NCBI RefSeq assembly: GCF_963921235.1 | Contig: NC_086097.1 | Span: forward strand, 138,448,001-138,512,000 | Reading direction: 5' to 3' | Length of the DNA stretch: 64,000 nucleotides | Source of the DNA: Mobula hypostoma | Taxonomy: Eukaryota | In this document: piece by piece, positions 49,361-63,645 of the stretch | How positions within the stretch are numbered: the first letter of the stretch is position 1 | Layout of the letters: every line of letters begins with the position of its first letter | Notes under the pieces: generated by a model | The model's database searches: none | What the model was told of the DNA's origin: nothing | The model's input: only the letters and a program-made list of their open reading frames with translations | Program-made: the position numbers and the translations under genes

Positions 49361-52300
49361 GTCAGCATGGTTTCCTTTAGGGGAAATCTTGCATGACAAA
49401 TCTGTTGGAATGTTTTTGAGGAAGTAACATGCAGGATAGACAAAGGGACAGTCAGAGGATGTTGTGTACTTGGATTATCAGACGACCTTTGACAAGATGC
49501 TGCAAATGAGGCAGTTTAACAAGAGCCCAGAGTACTACAGGAAAGATACGAACTAGCATGGATAGAAAATTGGCTGGCTGGCTGGCAGGAGGCAAAGACT
49601 GGGAATAAAGGGGGCCTTTTCTGGTTGTCTGGTAATGGCTAGTGGTGTTCCACAGGGCCACAGGGGTTGGTATGGGGACACTTCTTCTCATGTCATATGT
49701 CAGTGATTTGGATGATGGAATTTCTGGCTTTGTGGCTAGCTTTCCAATTATATGAAGATAGGTGGAGGGGAAGGTAGTGTTGAGGAAGCAAGGAGCCTGC
49801 AGAAGGACTTGGATGGATTGGGAAAATTGACAAAGAAGTGGTAGATGGAATATGGTGTAGGGAAGTGTATGGTTATGCATTTTGGAGGCCAAGGCATTGA
49901 GTAAATTTAAAGCGGAGGTTGACAGTTCTTGATTAGTCTGGCGTCAGAGTTTATGAGGAGAAGGCGAGACAATGGGGTTGAGAGGGAGATTGGGTCAGCC
50001 ATGATGGATTTGCCCGAGCAAACTCTGGACCATATGGCCTATTTCTTCTCCTATGTCTATGGCCTTAAAGAATAATTAAGTTTATTGCTGTTTCACAAAA
50101 GGTTTGTATGGAATATTGTAATCTGCATTAAACAATTGTATTAACCCTGTATTTTATACCATGATCTAAAATATGCAGATGTTATCACCTACCCATTTAA
50201 CCTTTAATGGTTTGATTGGTTTTGCTCATCTTGGTGTGAATGGAAATTGTGAGCTGCTGATGTTTTGTTGTTTGGGGTTGTCACACTTGGTTTGTTTTTG
50301 TATGTTGATGGCCTGGTAGAGTGGACAAATTACCTTAAACTGCACAAGTTAAGGCTAATGAAAACACACTGGACTAAGCTCCCAGGCACACTAAAGTCAT
50401 GTCATCTATTTAGCTTTATTGAGCTTGTAATGAAAAGAGAATTAGAGTTGCAGTTTCCTCACCTATAACTTGATGCCTCTGTAATCAAAGTCTTGCAGTT
50501 CATAATTTAAACAATATTTATAAACAACACTGACAACCTGTGTTAGATGTCAACATCGCACATGTTTCATTCTGAGCAGTATTCTATATAAAGTTAGTTT
50601 ACTTTTAGTCCATTTAAAGTGCGGAGAAGACAGAATTTGCAGTTCCCAGTAAAAGCAGGAAAGTTTCCTCTGAAAAAATGTCACGAGTGGAAGATGGTCA
50701 CATATAATGCATATATAAGTCAGTCTTAATCATAACATCATCACCAATCTTGCATAGGAGTAGAATTACTGAATTATCTTCACTCTCCAATTAGCTTTGG
50801 CATTGTAATTATATATGGCCTTCTGTAAATTTTACAATTTGTCAATTTATACAATTTATCTTCAGTTTATCATTCTGGCAATGTTGTGTTAATTTTCTCT
50901 TCCCCACTTTACTAACTTTGTACCAATTAGGTTGTCAGGCTAATACCTTCTGAGTTTCTGGGTGCGCTAACATTTATTTATTTGAGATTCATAATGTTAA
51001 CTTTTCTCTTCTGTGAGCTTGAGAAATTGAAGTCTGGATCTGTATCACTTTCTCAAATAGGAAAAACAAAACGGTTCACAACGTTGTAAACGTGGTCTTG
51101 CTATAATCCTGTACAATTGCAGGACTTACTGAATTTTATACTCAATCATTGAATTCAGGGCTAGTAGTCTCTCAATCTTTCCTATTGTTTGTTGCACTGC
51201 TGTGTGCTTTCTGTCTTTCATGTATATGTATTTCCAAATCCTTTTGTGTTGTAGCTTTCTGCAGTTCTTCACAATTTGATTAATATTCTGTTCTTCCTTC
51301 CAAAATAAACAACCTCATTTTTTCACATTATACCCCATTTGCTAATTTTGTTTTCCAATTACTTACCCCATCAATACATGTCTGTAAATTGCATGCATCT
51401 TGCATTCCCACAATTTTGGTGTCATCCACAAATCTGGCCAGCATATATTTATTTCCTTCCTTTAAGTCACTAATACACATTGCTCATCATTGCAATCCCT
51501 GTATTTGTTGTCACTGCGAAAGTCCCATTAGGTTTCGGCAATACAAATGGTGTCTTGTTCTAATGTGGTTGGAAATGAGCAGTAACTGCATGACCAGTTG
51601 CGTCAAGGCTGAATACTTCTGGGGTTCGAGTTGATGAGAAGATTGATTTGCAGATCATGGTGGTCATTCTTCATTCCATTGAGTAAGGGGCAATCAAAGG
51701 GCTTTGAAAGTATTTGGACATCTTAAAGGGAACTCAGTTGTTTGTGTGTATGATTTTAAAAAGTATTGGCAGTGTAAAACAATCATTGTTTCATGAGTAA
51801 GGTTGTTTAACTATTTGCTTGATGGCGGGGAGAAGAGATATTACTGAAGATTGGTAATTGGCAAGTGGAGTAGCGCAAAATATGCCTGAGGTAAGGGACA
51901 TCGGCATGCTGCTGGATGTTCACTATCTTACTGTGCACTGCATAGCTCTATATGGTATTTTGCAATTAAGTAAAACAATGCGAGGGAACCTACAGGTTTG
52001 TCAAGTAAATTATTCAGTGCTTTGGTTTTTACAACATGTTTTCAGGAATTGTGATTCATAAGCTGACTGAACTAAACTGGATGATTTTCAATTTGACAGG
52101 CTTACTGTTTAAGGTACTAGCTATTATTGCTGGTATTATGCAAATAGAAAGCACTTTAGACACCCTGACTATAAAATGTCAAAATGTTTCTCCCAATTCC
52201 TTGAAGTGACAACCACAGATCTACAGCTGCAGTACTGTATTACCAACATTTGAAATTCAATCCCCTAAGCTTCATGATATCTGAGGACAAGCTGTGATAA

Positions 52301-52849
52301 TCACTCCCTTCTTGTTCATCTTGCCATAAAAGATTTGTAAAGGTAAAAATTCTAATATAACTGACAAAACAAATGAGGTTTTACCTTTGTTCTGACTGTA
52401 AATGCAGTTCCTGAAATGGAAATGGGAAAACGTTTCAGTAACTTTGAAAAAAGGATTTAGGATGTAAACTTGAAGAGGAGAAAATTTCATGGCCTTGAAG
52501 ATGGAGCTGGGAGAGTAAGACTGATGCAGAAGGGCCTCTTTCAGTTCTCTTCAGTTAGTTTCCATGATAACTTCGAATAAATAAATGAGCTGTCTAATTC
52601 TGATTATTTCAGGGAGGTTTGTTGTAATTTTTCATTCTGTTCACCAGAATAATTTTGTTAAGTGAGTGGGGCAGAAACTTTATCTTTTTTTTACAGGCTG
52701 TTAGAATCTGGGAGGGGTCTAGAGTAAACTTCTTAAGTGGTTGTGTGTATGCTCTTCAGCAGCATCTATCTTAATTTAAGTTTATTTTATGTGATATGTA
52801 TAAAATCTAGTTTATTTAATTGCTGTGATTCAATGAATAATATACTTAA

Positions 52850-53245
52850 ATCAGTAGGTTACTGGTTTAACATCCAACATAGAGATTCTGAGTACACAAA
52901 TCTCGATTGACTCTCCAGAACAATACTATGAGAATGCTGCATTATTAGAATTGCCCTTTTTTTTTACAGAAAAAGGTTACACTGAGGCCCATCTGCTCTC
53001 TTGATGGATGTATCACTACTTTGAAGAACTGGGGAAAAAAATTCCTAGGCCTCCTGGCCAATGTTTTTGCCTTGGTCAACATATTAAACAGATTGATTGA
53101 TATCTTCTAGTTGTTTACGGGAGTTTGATCTGTGCAAGTTGAGAACCAAGTTTCCTATTTTACAATAAAGACTTCAGTTGAAAAGTACTTACTTGGCTGA
53201 GATGTTCTAAGGTTGCGAAAGATATTGCAGAAGTACATGATTTTT
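52850..53245 (+). mobile_element. DeuSINE (SacSINE1-like), decayed
   Basis: Collinear with the Deu-domain consensus as recalled (GAGGCCC.TCTGC.CTC, TCCTGGCCAAT, TGTGCAA.TTG, AAAAGTACTT..TTGGCTG). Confidence 0.65.
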
Positions 53246-55457
53246 ATTTCCAAATTTAAAAGTGGTGCATTTTGTTAAAATATTTTTATTAATTTTCATC
53301 AGTAACCTTCAAAATCTTGTTCAGTAAGATCCCTGTTAATTGATGTTTCCGATTATGAACATTAATAATTTTTACTTGTGAGTGACTGGTATAAACAAAA
53401 TGGATCAATAATTTTTGAAATTGACTTCAAAGTAGATGCATTAACCTTTATTTTTTATTGAAATCATGGCTCCAAGAGATACTGACAGCTTGTATTTTAG
53501 GGGATCAAATGAGAGGCTATGGTAGTATGTAAGCAGATCAAAGGTGGAGCGCAGACTGGACCTTGCCGTTGGTAGATTTGACAAATCCACATCAGACATG
53601 GGCAGTGGGAGGACTAGAATGTTTTCTGTTTGATTAACCACAATTGGAGCTAAAACATAACTTGAAATGAAGGGCACAAGATCCACAAGTCTTATTCAGA
53701 TGTAACTGAAGGTAGCCCTGAGTGATAATGTCTGGGAAGTCTTCTGTGTCTAGAGGAATTGGATACCTTCCTGTTGTCCCAGCTGCTTGTTGGTGGAGAT
53801 TACACTAAGTTACCTTAGTGGAATTTGTTCAAAACTTAAAGTAAATTTGTTATCAGAGTGCGTCAATGTTCACCCTGAGATTTGTTTTCTGGCAGGTATA
53901 CTCAGTAAATCTAAGAAACATAATAGAATAGCTGAAACAACCAATGTGCAAAAGGTGACAACTGTGTAAATACAAAAGAAAAAAAAAATCAGCAATAAAC
54001 ATTGAACATAAGATTACCAGTCCTTGAAAGTGAATCCATAGGTTGTGGAAACACTTTAGTGATAGGGCAGACGTGAACCCCTGCCCTCCCCGCTGCTGAC
54101 GGCTGCTGTTTCAGGAACCAGGTTGAGGCTTAGTGCTCTGATGGTAGCCCTACATTAATTAAGGTGTGGATTATGGGTGGGGCGGGGGAAGGGGACTGGT
54201 GTTGAACAGTCTGAGGGTGGGTGATGTGGCTCTTGATGCTAAGCTCTGAGAGTGAGGTCTGTACCTTAGCTAGTACAGTGTATGTGGGCCATTGGGAGGT
54301 GGGTGGTTTGACTGTGAAGGAAGCTGCTATCTCCTAGTCTCTTTGTTTGGCTGCACAACTCTCCTCAACCCTGAGAGTCAAAAAGCTCAATGGCTAGCAA
54401 CCATCATTAAGCTTATTGACATGGAAAAATCTTTAGGCTAGGAGAGCAGTGCTGCCAAACAGCAGGGCAGACATCCGCTTCCATTGTATCTATCTAATAG
54501 GAGCTGATGACACCATTACAGGATCCAAGTGGTGAGAGTGCTTTAATTCCCAGCAATGGCTGTGCGCACTTTGCTCCCTGAATCTCGTAACTTGGCACCA
54601 AGTATCCACTCTATTTGCCCAGGCGTCATGTATTGTCTTGGTAGTCTGCACTGTGCTGAGGTCATGTGTGGATGACATCACCTTTTTATCAGTGTGGGAG
54701 CATCTGCAGAGGACAGGCTCACAAGCAGGGTTTGCCAGGTAGTGCATGGGCTGAATGATTTGTGTAGGTGTGTGGCAGGAGAATCAGCAGGGTGATAATG
54801 GGCATGTGTGAGAGTGTGGGTTGCTGAGAAACGAGTGACGGAATTGCTGTAAGAGCTGGCACAGGCTCAATGGGGCAAAGGCGCCTTCCCTGTTGTAAGA
54901 AAACATGAAACATGAGAAATGGTCATACCTTCTGACAGCCTCCAGTTCAGCATTTTTTAAAGGTGTATAATCACATACTAGATCTTTGTTAACTTAAATA
55001 AATGAAGATATAAATATTAACATTTGTAAAAAAGATTATTTTTCATTGGGATTGCTATCATCTAATAACTAGATAATTTTCTTACTGAAGATTCTGGGAA
55101 TTGTGACCAGTGTTGACAGCAAAATTTGTTTGCAATCATTCTACAGCTCTTTAGGATTCCTGGAAAATCAAAAGCAACCTGAGCATCTGATGTAACCAAA
55201 ATCTCACATTGATTTTAAAAGATTCATTGCTTTACAATTAAATTAACATAATTCACATGTGGAACAGTCAATTCAGTGGGATGGAGCCCGAGCTTGTCAA
55301 GCTCACATTAAACAAGCCTCCTCTCAGCAGACAAACCTTTAAATACTTTTGAATTATGTACTAACAATTAGAGCAATTTAAGGTCCACATTGTCCAAATG
55401 CTCGTACATTTTTTTCTGGCATGAAGTTATTTCTTTTTATCTCCATTATCACCAAAT

Positions 55458-55770
55458 ATGTGTATAAGATGATGAGAGGCATTGATTATGTGGATAGTCA
55501 GAGGCTTTTTCCCAGGGCTGAAATGGCTAACACGAGAGGGCACAGTTTTAAGGTGCTTGGAAGTAGGTATAGAGGAGAAGTCGGGTAAGTTTTTTACGCA
55601 GAGAGTGGTGAGTGCGTGGAATAGTATGATAGACTCCTGGATGGGTACATGGAGCTTATAAAAATGGAGGGCTATGGGTAACCCTAGGTAATTTCCAAAG
55701 TAAGCACGTGTTCGGCACAGCATTGTGGGCCGAAGGGCCTGTATTGTGCTGCAGATTTTCGATGTTTCTA
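55458..55770 (+). mobile_element. CR1 3' fragment
   Basis: VYKMMRGID...FFTQRVVSAWN and tail. Confidence 0.8.
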
Positions 55771-57154
55771 AATAATGGTGCCTTGACCTTTAATGGAAAC
55801 GTGTAGCTCTTGTGTTTCAGGGAAACCCAGTCAAGCCAGAGGGAGATACATCAGGTGGACCTGATATGGAATGTGAGCTCTGCGTTCTGTTTCTCTCCAG
55901 GAATGTTTTCCAGTGGTGTCTAGGATCTCTGAAACATGTTAGTGAGCCATATGGTTTTTAGGACACTGGTAGATTCTTGTTCTGTAATTACTTACTTCAT
56001 CTTTTTAATTTCAAAATTATTTAATCACGTAAATTTAATTATCCAGCTTTGTGGGATTGGAACATGTGTCTTTAGATCATTAGCCCAGGGCTTTAGACTA
56101 CTAGATTGCAGCTGGTCCTATATTGATTTGTAGCATGGGGTGCTTGAGATTGGGTCTCATGAGAGCATAGCTGTTTTGGCGTGCATATGGATACGAAATC
56201 GACCGACCGTAACAGAATAGAGGAAGGAATGCAAAACTGAACCTTTGCGTTGTCTACATCTTACAAAAAATAGGTCTGATAGTTGGGCTGAAGTTAAGGC
56301 ATGCTGTTCTCAGGCATTGAATAGAAGTGAAATTGGTTTTGAGCAGTTAATGAGTTTGACACTGAATAAGTAGAGTTTAACATATCCTGTTAGAACAGCA
56401 TGATTTATGCCTGCAGCTTCAGTTTGTGACTCCACCTTGACTGATAGTAAGCTCCCTCGCGTGGCTTGATTTGGCAGCTCCTCCAGGCTGATCCCCTGCT
56501 GATGTGCTAAGTACTCACTTCAGCCTTTAAAGAATGGTGTGCTGGAGCATGCAACTCTTTGTAACTGCTTTAAAGGAAAACTTAATAGTGAGGCTGTTTG
56601 TTGATTTGTTTTCAAATCAGACATGTAAGATTCCAGATGTACCATGAAACCTCCTGCAGGTTATTTGGTTCATTAGATATTACTTCCAAAAACACGGAAT
56701 AATGACATTACAAGCTGTTCACCAACATATTCCAGTTCTGCATCAGAAGTATTCTTCACTTGTGTCTTCAGTTTGAAATCTGAATTTAGTGCTTCCTGTA
56801 AGAGCCATTTAGGACACAAAATTGAAGGCTTGAAAGAGTTAACTGCAGCTTCCTTTACAACCTCTGCTGCAAGTTCTGGATTTACTTAGTCAAGTCTTTG
56901 AAGAGTAAAATGTTCCTGACAGTGACAGTTTTGTGACTTAGCCAAATTCCCTGGAGAAGACGAGGCTGTGGTCTGATATGTGAGAATATTATATCTTACT
57001 TTGCAGGTCCACAAATACCCATTGGGTGTAGATTGCAGGTGTAGCAATGTGCTTTATTACACAAAGCTTTGAAATGAAAGGGGCAAGTTTTATTGATGTG
57101 AAAGGTTGGTCCATTTCATATGGTCATGGTAGCATTTAAATTAAGGTTTTACTT

Positions 57155-57265
57155 GTAGAGTCTTTCCTTGACCATGTGGGTTTCATCTGGGTACTCTGGT
57201 TTCCTTCCACATCTCAGTCACCTGCTTGTAGGTTAATTAGACACTGGGAATTACTCCCCGTGTAG
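57155..57265 (+). mobile_element. V-domain SINE fragment
   Basis: GTGGGTTTCATCTGGGTACTCTGGTTTCCTTCCACATC...GGTTAATT. Confidence 0.6.
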
Positions 57266-58489
57266 CAGGGTGGCAGGAGAAATCGTACAGAAGGTGGCAA
57301 TATGGTTTGTGAAAGATAATTGTTCACAAGGATTTGGACTGATAGTTGTTCTTGTTCTGCCTCCTCTATATATCATATCTATATATCGCTATCTCTATAT
57401 ATTATAAATTTGTCCAGAATTGATATTGATAGATCACTTTAAAATTTTATCTCTGTGTAGTGATAAACCTTCTTTAGTATAAATGCTGCAGGACAGAGCC
57501 TCAATTTTGTGGCTGGCTGTCCCTCATTTGCATTACTTTTTGAACTGCATCTTTTAGACATTGGTGTTATTAACTTCACTGGCTACTCATAGCCAGGTCT
57601 GCTGTAAGCCATCTGTTGTTAATGCTCCTTTTTGCAGTGTACTGTTGCATGTTTTTAACTGGCGTGCATTAGTTTGCATTAGCTAAATTAAATTTGCAGC
57701 TTACCTCTAAAGTTACCATATAAATTGAAATCCATCTCATTTTTTTTTAGCTATCTTTAGTATAACTCTTGATCTTATTTACGTTGTCAGTAAATTTGAC
57801 AGACTGAATGCTTACTTTGAATGTGCAGGTTATTCACATAGGTGAGAGAGGATGGTGGTGACTAGTTAGTTGGTGAGTTGCAATCTTTCCCTGCCCCTGC
57901 ACACTATATTTCTAATTTTGCAGGTTTAGCTTATGTTCTCTCTCCTATTTTAATTAGTTTACCAGGTTTTCTACTTTACCTCCTGGGTTTTGATTTCAGT
58001 GCAAGCTTTTCATGTAAGTAAATGATAGCTAGATAAACTGTGGCATCTTACTGGATGTGATACACTCTGTTAACTACATTTTTTGAAATGAATGTTTTCC
58101 TGATATTCCTATTAATAATTGTTTCACTGTTCAGATCATATTAGCTGTGATTGGATCTGATCTTAAATTTGTGCCCAAGGCTCTTTTTATGAATATGTCC
58201 TCTTTATTGTTTCATATTGCCATAATGTTATTTGTTGGCCTTAAGTTTCTTCCCCCCCACCTCCCCATTTCTCTGCTTCTGTTTTCTTAAGTATCTATAA
58301 GAGGAAGCTCGCCACCCTCAGTGATTTTTTTTTGAAATGTTCTGTTGCATGGTTTCTCTGGCAAATCCTGGTTTGCTGATTCACATGAGCATCAAGTGGA
58401 TCTTGGACAGCTTTGTATTTTAGGAAACTGTGTCTGGTTCCACCAAGAGAATGAAATGTTGACTTGCAACCTGGATTCTTATTTTCCTT

Positions 58490-59365
58490 CAAAATTCAAA
58501 GTACATTTATTATCAAAGTATGTTTACTGTATACAACCTTGAAACTTGTTTTCTTGCAGGCAGTCATAAAACAATGAAACGCAATGGAACCTATTTTTTT
58601 AAAAAAGCACACAGCAAAGAATGTCCAACACCCATTCTGTGGGGAGAAAAAATAGTGCAAACAACAAAAAAAACGTAAACAAGTAACACAGAATATTAAC
58701 CACACAGACTGTGAAAATGAGTCCACAGACGTGGAGTCGGTACTTAGCCAAGGCGAGTGCCAATGGTTGCAGGCTACAGCTGCAGCGTCAGTTTAGCACT
58801 GAAGCACCTTGATCAAATCACGCATATCGTTAGAAAAAAGTGTAACATGGAACATGAACTGCAGAATCCCCGAAAGTGAGGTCCACAGCTGTGGAGCCCA
58901 TTCTGTGCTGAGGTGAGTGAAGCCCGAACAGGAACCCGATGTCTGCAGAGCAGCAACTTCTCCCGATCTTGGCGTCATGGAAGCAAAGATTCTTGGGTAG
59001 TAGCGAGTAGAGAGGGAGACCAGTCGGGCACAGACAGACAGCTGTCAACATCTGTTCGTTTTCCATTCTTGTCCCCTGATTTTAATCTTGCTCAATACTT
59101 TAATCGGCGTAGAGTAATGGAGCTGACCACGGATTCGTGTTTTGCCAACAGGCATTAACCCCCCCCCCCCCCCCAAGCAATGGCTTCCCTGGTCATACCT
59201 GCACTCACAACGGTCTTGCTTGCTGAATCTCCCAGGAGATTACAAAAACACCAGATCATTTAGTTAGCTCAAAAGTACATGCTTAAAAGGGAACTTTCAG
59301 GCTGCAATTGATCGTAGTTCAGAAGAAGATGAGTATTTTTGTGATCTGTCGCTGGAGACATCTTG
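58490..59365 (-). repeat. Unclassified LINE-tail-bearing interspersed repeat
   Basis: TTCAAAATTCAAAGTACATTTATTATCAAAG end similar to about 53830-53900. Confidence 0.45.
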
Positions 59366-60660
59366 CACACAGTTTCCTTGGAGGCACAGGTCACAAGAAA
59401 ATAACAGCTTCCTTAATACAACTTACGCTGTAGCTTATAAAAGTATTCTATATTCTCTAATGCATGAGTGAGATATTCCTCATTTCCCAAGTGATTATAT
59501 CAAGGGGTTCATTGTGGCTGTGTGGTGCAGCCAGAAATTCAATGGCATGGTGGTGGTCTAACACAAATACTGTATTCGTAGACAAAAATACAGGTGGTCT
59601 ACAAATGATGAAAAAGTAAGCTAATCAATATGGCACAAAATGCTTTGATTTAAAGTCAGTGATCATGTGATTGATTGAATTACAAGACATTGATCTGCTG
59701 TATCATCCACAGTTCAAGCAAGTTGAAACCTTGTAAAAATCCCAGTGACTGTTAGATTCTGCACAGCCTCTACAATAATTTAGGTCTATTAACTGTGCAA
59801 ATCTAAAGGATCATTGGGAAATAGTTAAAAACCGTAAAAGTGCAGTGGAGATCAATCTGTTTTGTCTGAATTTAAATCTTTTGTGCCCACCCGCTCCCCG
59901 CTTTCATTGCAGAGAAACACGTTTGAAAGGAATCATAAGGTAACTGGGATTGGACTAAAATGTATTCATCAAGTCCAGCTTGTGGGATGGTAGTCACATG
60001 CTGAACAGGTGGTCTTCATTTCCCTTTTCATGTTTGTAAGATATTTATAAATTACATACTGTGATGCACATGGATCAGACTCTTTAGTGTGGAGAAACCC
60101 TTGAAGAAAGAATAGAACGGTGACTGGTATTTTATGTATGACAACCAGTTGTGCTCATCCGGTTGTTCTTGCTGTCATCTAAGGGTAATTTAGGTGCCCC
60201 ATGCTGCTTGGGTGTTTGAAGTTAAGTCCTTGTATAATTGTGCTTCAGGAGAAGGGCAGTGCCATAAGGCTGTAGCAGGCTGTCTTTGAACTTTAATGCT
60301 GTTCCAGGGTTATTGCACTGACAATGTCTGTCTATAATTATCATAATTCCTTACCCATGCTGGTTGCTGGTGGATTAGAGCAAGTTAAGGGAAACATAAC
60401 TTCCTACTATATTACCCAAAGAAAGATGAGTTTGTTTGGAAGGACTTAGACTAATTAAACATTTGAAGTTGGATTTTAATTGAGTCAATGTTTCAGTCAG
60501 ATTTGAAGTTTAAAAGAAAGACAGTCTTTGAGTAAATTTCGTAAGACTGTTGAGAATGAAAGATAAAATGCTGTCGTGTTAAATTTTATCATCTCACTGG
60601 TTAGCACTTGCTAATTCAGCTTAATAACAATTTTCCTTTCTGCAAGCTACTTAAGAGTTT

Positions 60661-60960
60661 AATGCTGGATGAACTCAGCAGGCCAGGGAACATCTATCAG
60701 AAAAAAAGTACAGTTGACATTTTGGGTCGAGACCCTTTGGCAGGAATGGAGAAAAAAAGGATGAGTAGATTAAACCCTTCCCGCCCCCCCTTACATTTTA
60801 AATCTACTGCTCATCTTTTTTTCTCCAGGTCTGCCAAAGGGTCTCAGTCCGAAACGTCAACTGTACTTTTTTCCGTAGATGCTGCCTGGCCTGAAGAGTT
60901 CTTCCAGCATTTTGTGCATGTTGCTTGGATTTCCAGCATCTGCAGATTTTCTCTTTGTTT
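60661..60960. mobile_element. Head-to-head inverted pair of Penelope pLTR fragments
   Basis: The left arm 60661-60772 is the approximate reverse complement of 60800-60911. Both arms contain hammerhead-derived CTGCCAAAGGGTCTC...AAA.GTCAACTG. Confidence 0.85.
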
Positions 60961-61859
60961 GAAGAATCCAGCTTCTTGTGTGCCATCACTTTTACTTGTT
61001 CTACCTCCTGAGGGCTTAAACTCTGAAGTCTCTTTCCTTACCATTTCTGTATCTTTCTGGTTCTTTAAAGTGGCACCTAATGCCAAACTCTGTGTCCATC
61101 TTGTTTAAAGAGGATGTTTTGGTCTGGTGTCACCCTCTTGGTTAATGACCTGTAGGAAGATAAAACTGTTAGCAAAACTGAGGTAACTATTCTCTAGTAC
61201 GCCTGTCTCGCATGTCTAACACTAAACTGCAAAGGCATCAATTCTGGTCTGTTGCCATTTCTCTTGTCCATGTTGACAGAGAAAACAAGTAGTGGACTTA
61301 ATTTGTGGTTTACAGAAACTATGCAGTAAAAGCTGTTTTTGTTTTGACTTTTCCAAATGAGAGCTTGGCCTTTGTGCTGATCTCCTTGGGCTATCCAGAA
61401 AGAACTTCGACTCTACCAGCATCAGTTTTGAAGGATCTCTGACATCCTATAGTTATGATGTCACTACGCTGGTTGGGTAGTTAATCACATTAAAAGATGG
61501 TTGAACAGCAAATCAAGAAGGAATGATACAGTTTTTAATTAACATTTTAACTTTAAACATTTTGGTGTTAAAGATTTGAACACATTGTTACTGTTAAAAC
61601 TACAGTATTAAATTTTTGTTAAAATATTTTAAAAGCTATTACATTTTAAAGTATTTGAATTAAGTACAAAATATAAGAGCAAAAGAAATAGAAGCAGAGT
61701 AGGCTGTTTGACCTTTTGCATCTGTGCTGTATGAATTTGAAGTTTCATTGCAATCACCTCTCATTCAAGAGTACAGGCCCAGTATGTAATCTGTTTTAAA
61801 TGACAGTCCTCTCTCTATTGCAAGTATATACTTCCTTTTGTTTATCTCAAAAGCAATAG

Positions 61860-62330
61860 AGGTTTACCAGGATGTTGCCTGGATTAGAGGATGTGCTATG
61901 AGGAGAGGGTGGACAAACATTGGTTGTTTTCTCGAGTGGAGACCTGATAGAGGTTTATAAGTTTGAGAGGCGTCGAGAGCAGACAGCCAGTGTCTTTTTC
62001 GCATGGTTGAAATGTCTTAATACCAGAGGGGATGCAATTAAGGTGAGGGGGTAAGTTTAAAGGAAATGTATGGGGCAAGTTTTTTTATAAACACAGAGAG
62101 GTGGTGTTTGGAATGTGCTTCTGGGAGACTGGTAAAGGCAAATACAATAGAGGTGATCAAGAGGCTCTTTGAGAGGCACATGAATGTGCAGGAACTGGAA
62201 GGATATGGACATTGTGCAGGCAGAAGGGATTAGTTTACTTGGACATTGGATTACTAATTTAATTAGTTTGGTACAACATTATGGGCTGAAGAGCCTGTTC
62301 CTTGTGTAGTGCTGTTCTGTGTTCTAAGTA
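61860..62330 (+). mobile_element. CR1 3' fragment
   Basis: RFTRMLPGLE...YEERVDK...DLIEVYK and tail. Confidence 0.8.
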
Positions 62331-62657
62331 AATAGTCCAGCTTTTTAATTAACAAACTGCTCGCTTTCCTCATTGCTTCATGTTAACTTTAAATTGTCCA
62401 TATATGAAAATACACAAGCCCCTCTGAACGAAATGCTTCAATTGCTCATTTAAAAAAAAACACTTTTCTTGTTTCTTTCACTGAAGTGTATGACCTTGCA
62501 TTCTTCCCCATGGTATTGCACCTGACATGCCCCCAGCCATGCACTTAGCCTAATTTTAACTCCTGAAGCCTTATTGTACTCTGCATCCATCTTGTATGGA
62601 TGTCCATCTATGAATCATGAGCAAACTTGGACAGATTATAGTTGACACCCTTTTCAA

Positions 62658-63645
62658 TAGTGGCATGCAAAAGTTTGGGCACCTGTGGTCAAAATTTCTG
62701 TTACTGTGAATAGTTAAGTGAGTAGAATATGAACTGATCTCCAAAAGTCATAAAGTTAAAGATGAAACATTCTTTTCAACATTGTAAGCAAGATTAGTGC
62801 ATTATTTTTGTTTTGTACAATTTTAGAGTGAAAGAAAGGAAAGGGGCACCCCAAGAGATTTGAGCTCTCAGGTAACTTTTACCAAGGTCTCAAGACCTTA
62901 ATTAGCTTGTTAGGGCTATGGCTTGTTCACAGTCATCGTTAGGAAAGGCCAGGTGATGCAAATTTTAGAGCTTTATAAATACCCTGACTCCTCAAACAAT
63001 CAGCAGCCATGGGCTCCTCTAAGCAGCTGCCTAGCACTCTGAAAATTAAAATAAATGATGCCCACAAAGCAGGAGAAGGCTATAAGAAGATAACAAAGCG
63101 TTTTCAGGTAGCCGTTTCCTCAGTTCGTAATGTAATTAAGAAATGGCAGTTAACAGGAATGGTGGAGGTCAAGTTGAGGTCTGGAAGACCAGGAAAACTT
63201 TCCGAGAGAACTGCTGGTAGGGTTGCTAGAAGGGCAAATCAAAACCCCCGTTTGACTGCAAAAGACCTTCAGGAAGATTTAGCAGACTCTGGAGTGGTTC
63301 TCAGACACTGTTCTACTGTGCAGCGACACCTGCACAAATATGATCTTCATAGAAGTGTCATCAGAAGAAAACCTTTCCTGCGTCCTCACCACAAAATTCA
63401 GCATCAGAAATTAGCAAAGGAACATCTAAATAAGCCTGATGCATTTTGGAAACAAGTAGTGTGGACTGATGAAGTTAAAATAGAACTTTCTGGCTGCAAT
63501 GAGCAAAGGTATGTTTGGAGAAAAAAGGGTGCAGTATTTCATGAAAAGAACACCTCTCCAACTGTTAAGCATGGGGGTGGGTCGATCATGCTTTGGGCTT
63601 GTGTTGCAGCCAGTGGCACGGGGAACATTTCACTGGTAGAGGGAG
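62658..63645 (+). mobile_element. Tc1 transposon left part with open transposase N-terminus (63009 onward)
   Basis: TIR AGTGGCATGCAAAAGTTTGGGCACC. ORF contains GYKKI...SGRP...WTDEVKIE...KHGGGSIMLW and is cut off after GNISLVEG by an L1-like sequence. Confidence 0.9.

Larger units (their letters stand above)
46200..50065 (+). mobile_element. Decayed CR1 ORF2 split by Chapaev3 and a solo LTR
   Basis: GRGGGVALLV, YRPPNS, DELHPRVLKEV...EDWKIANVTPL, GQS|QHGF and a 3' tail. Confidence 0.82.

Noticed and set aside
59604..59700. Box C/D snoRNA starting at ATGATGA
   Set aside because: No suitably placed CTGA D box or terminal stem.
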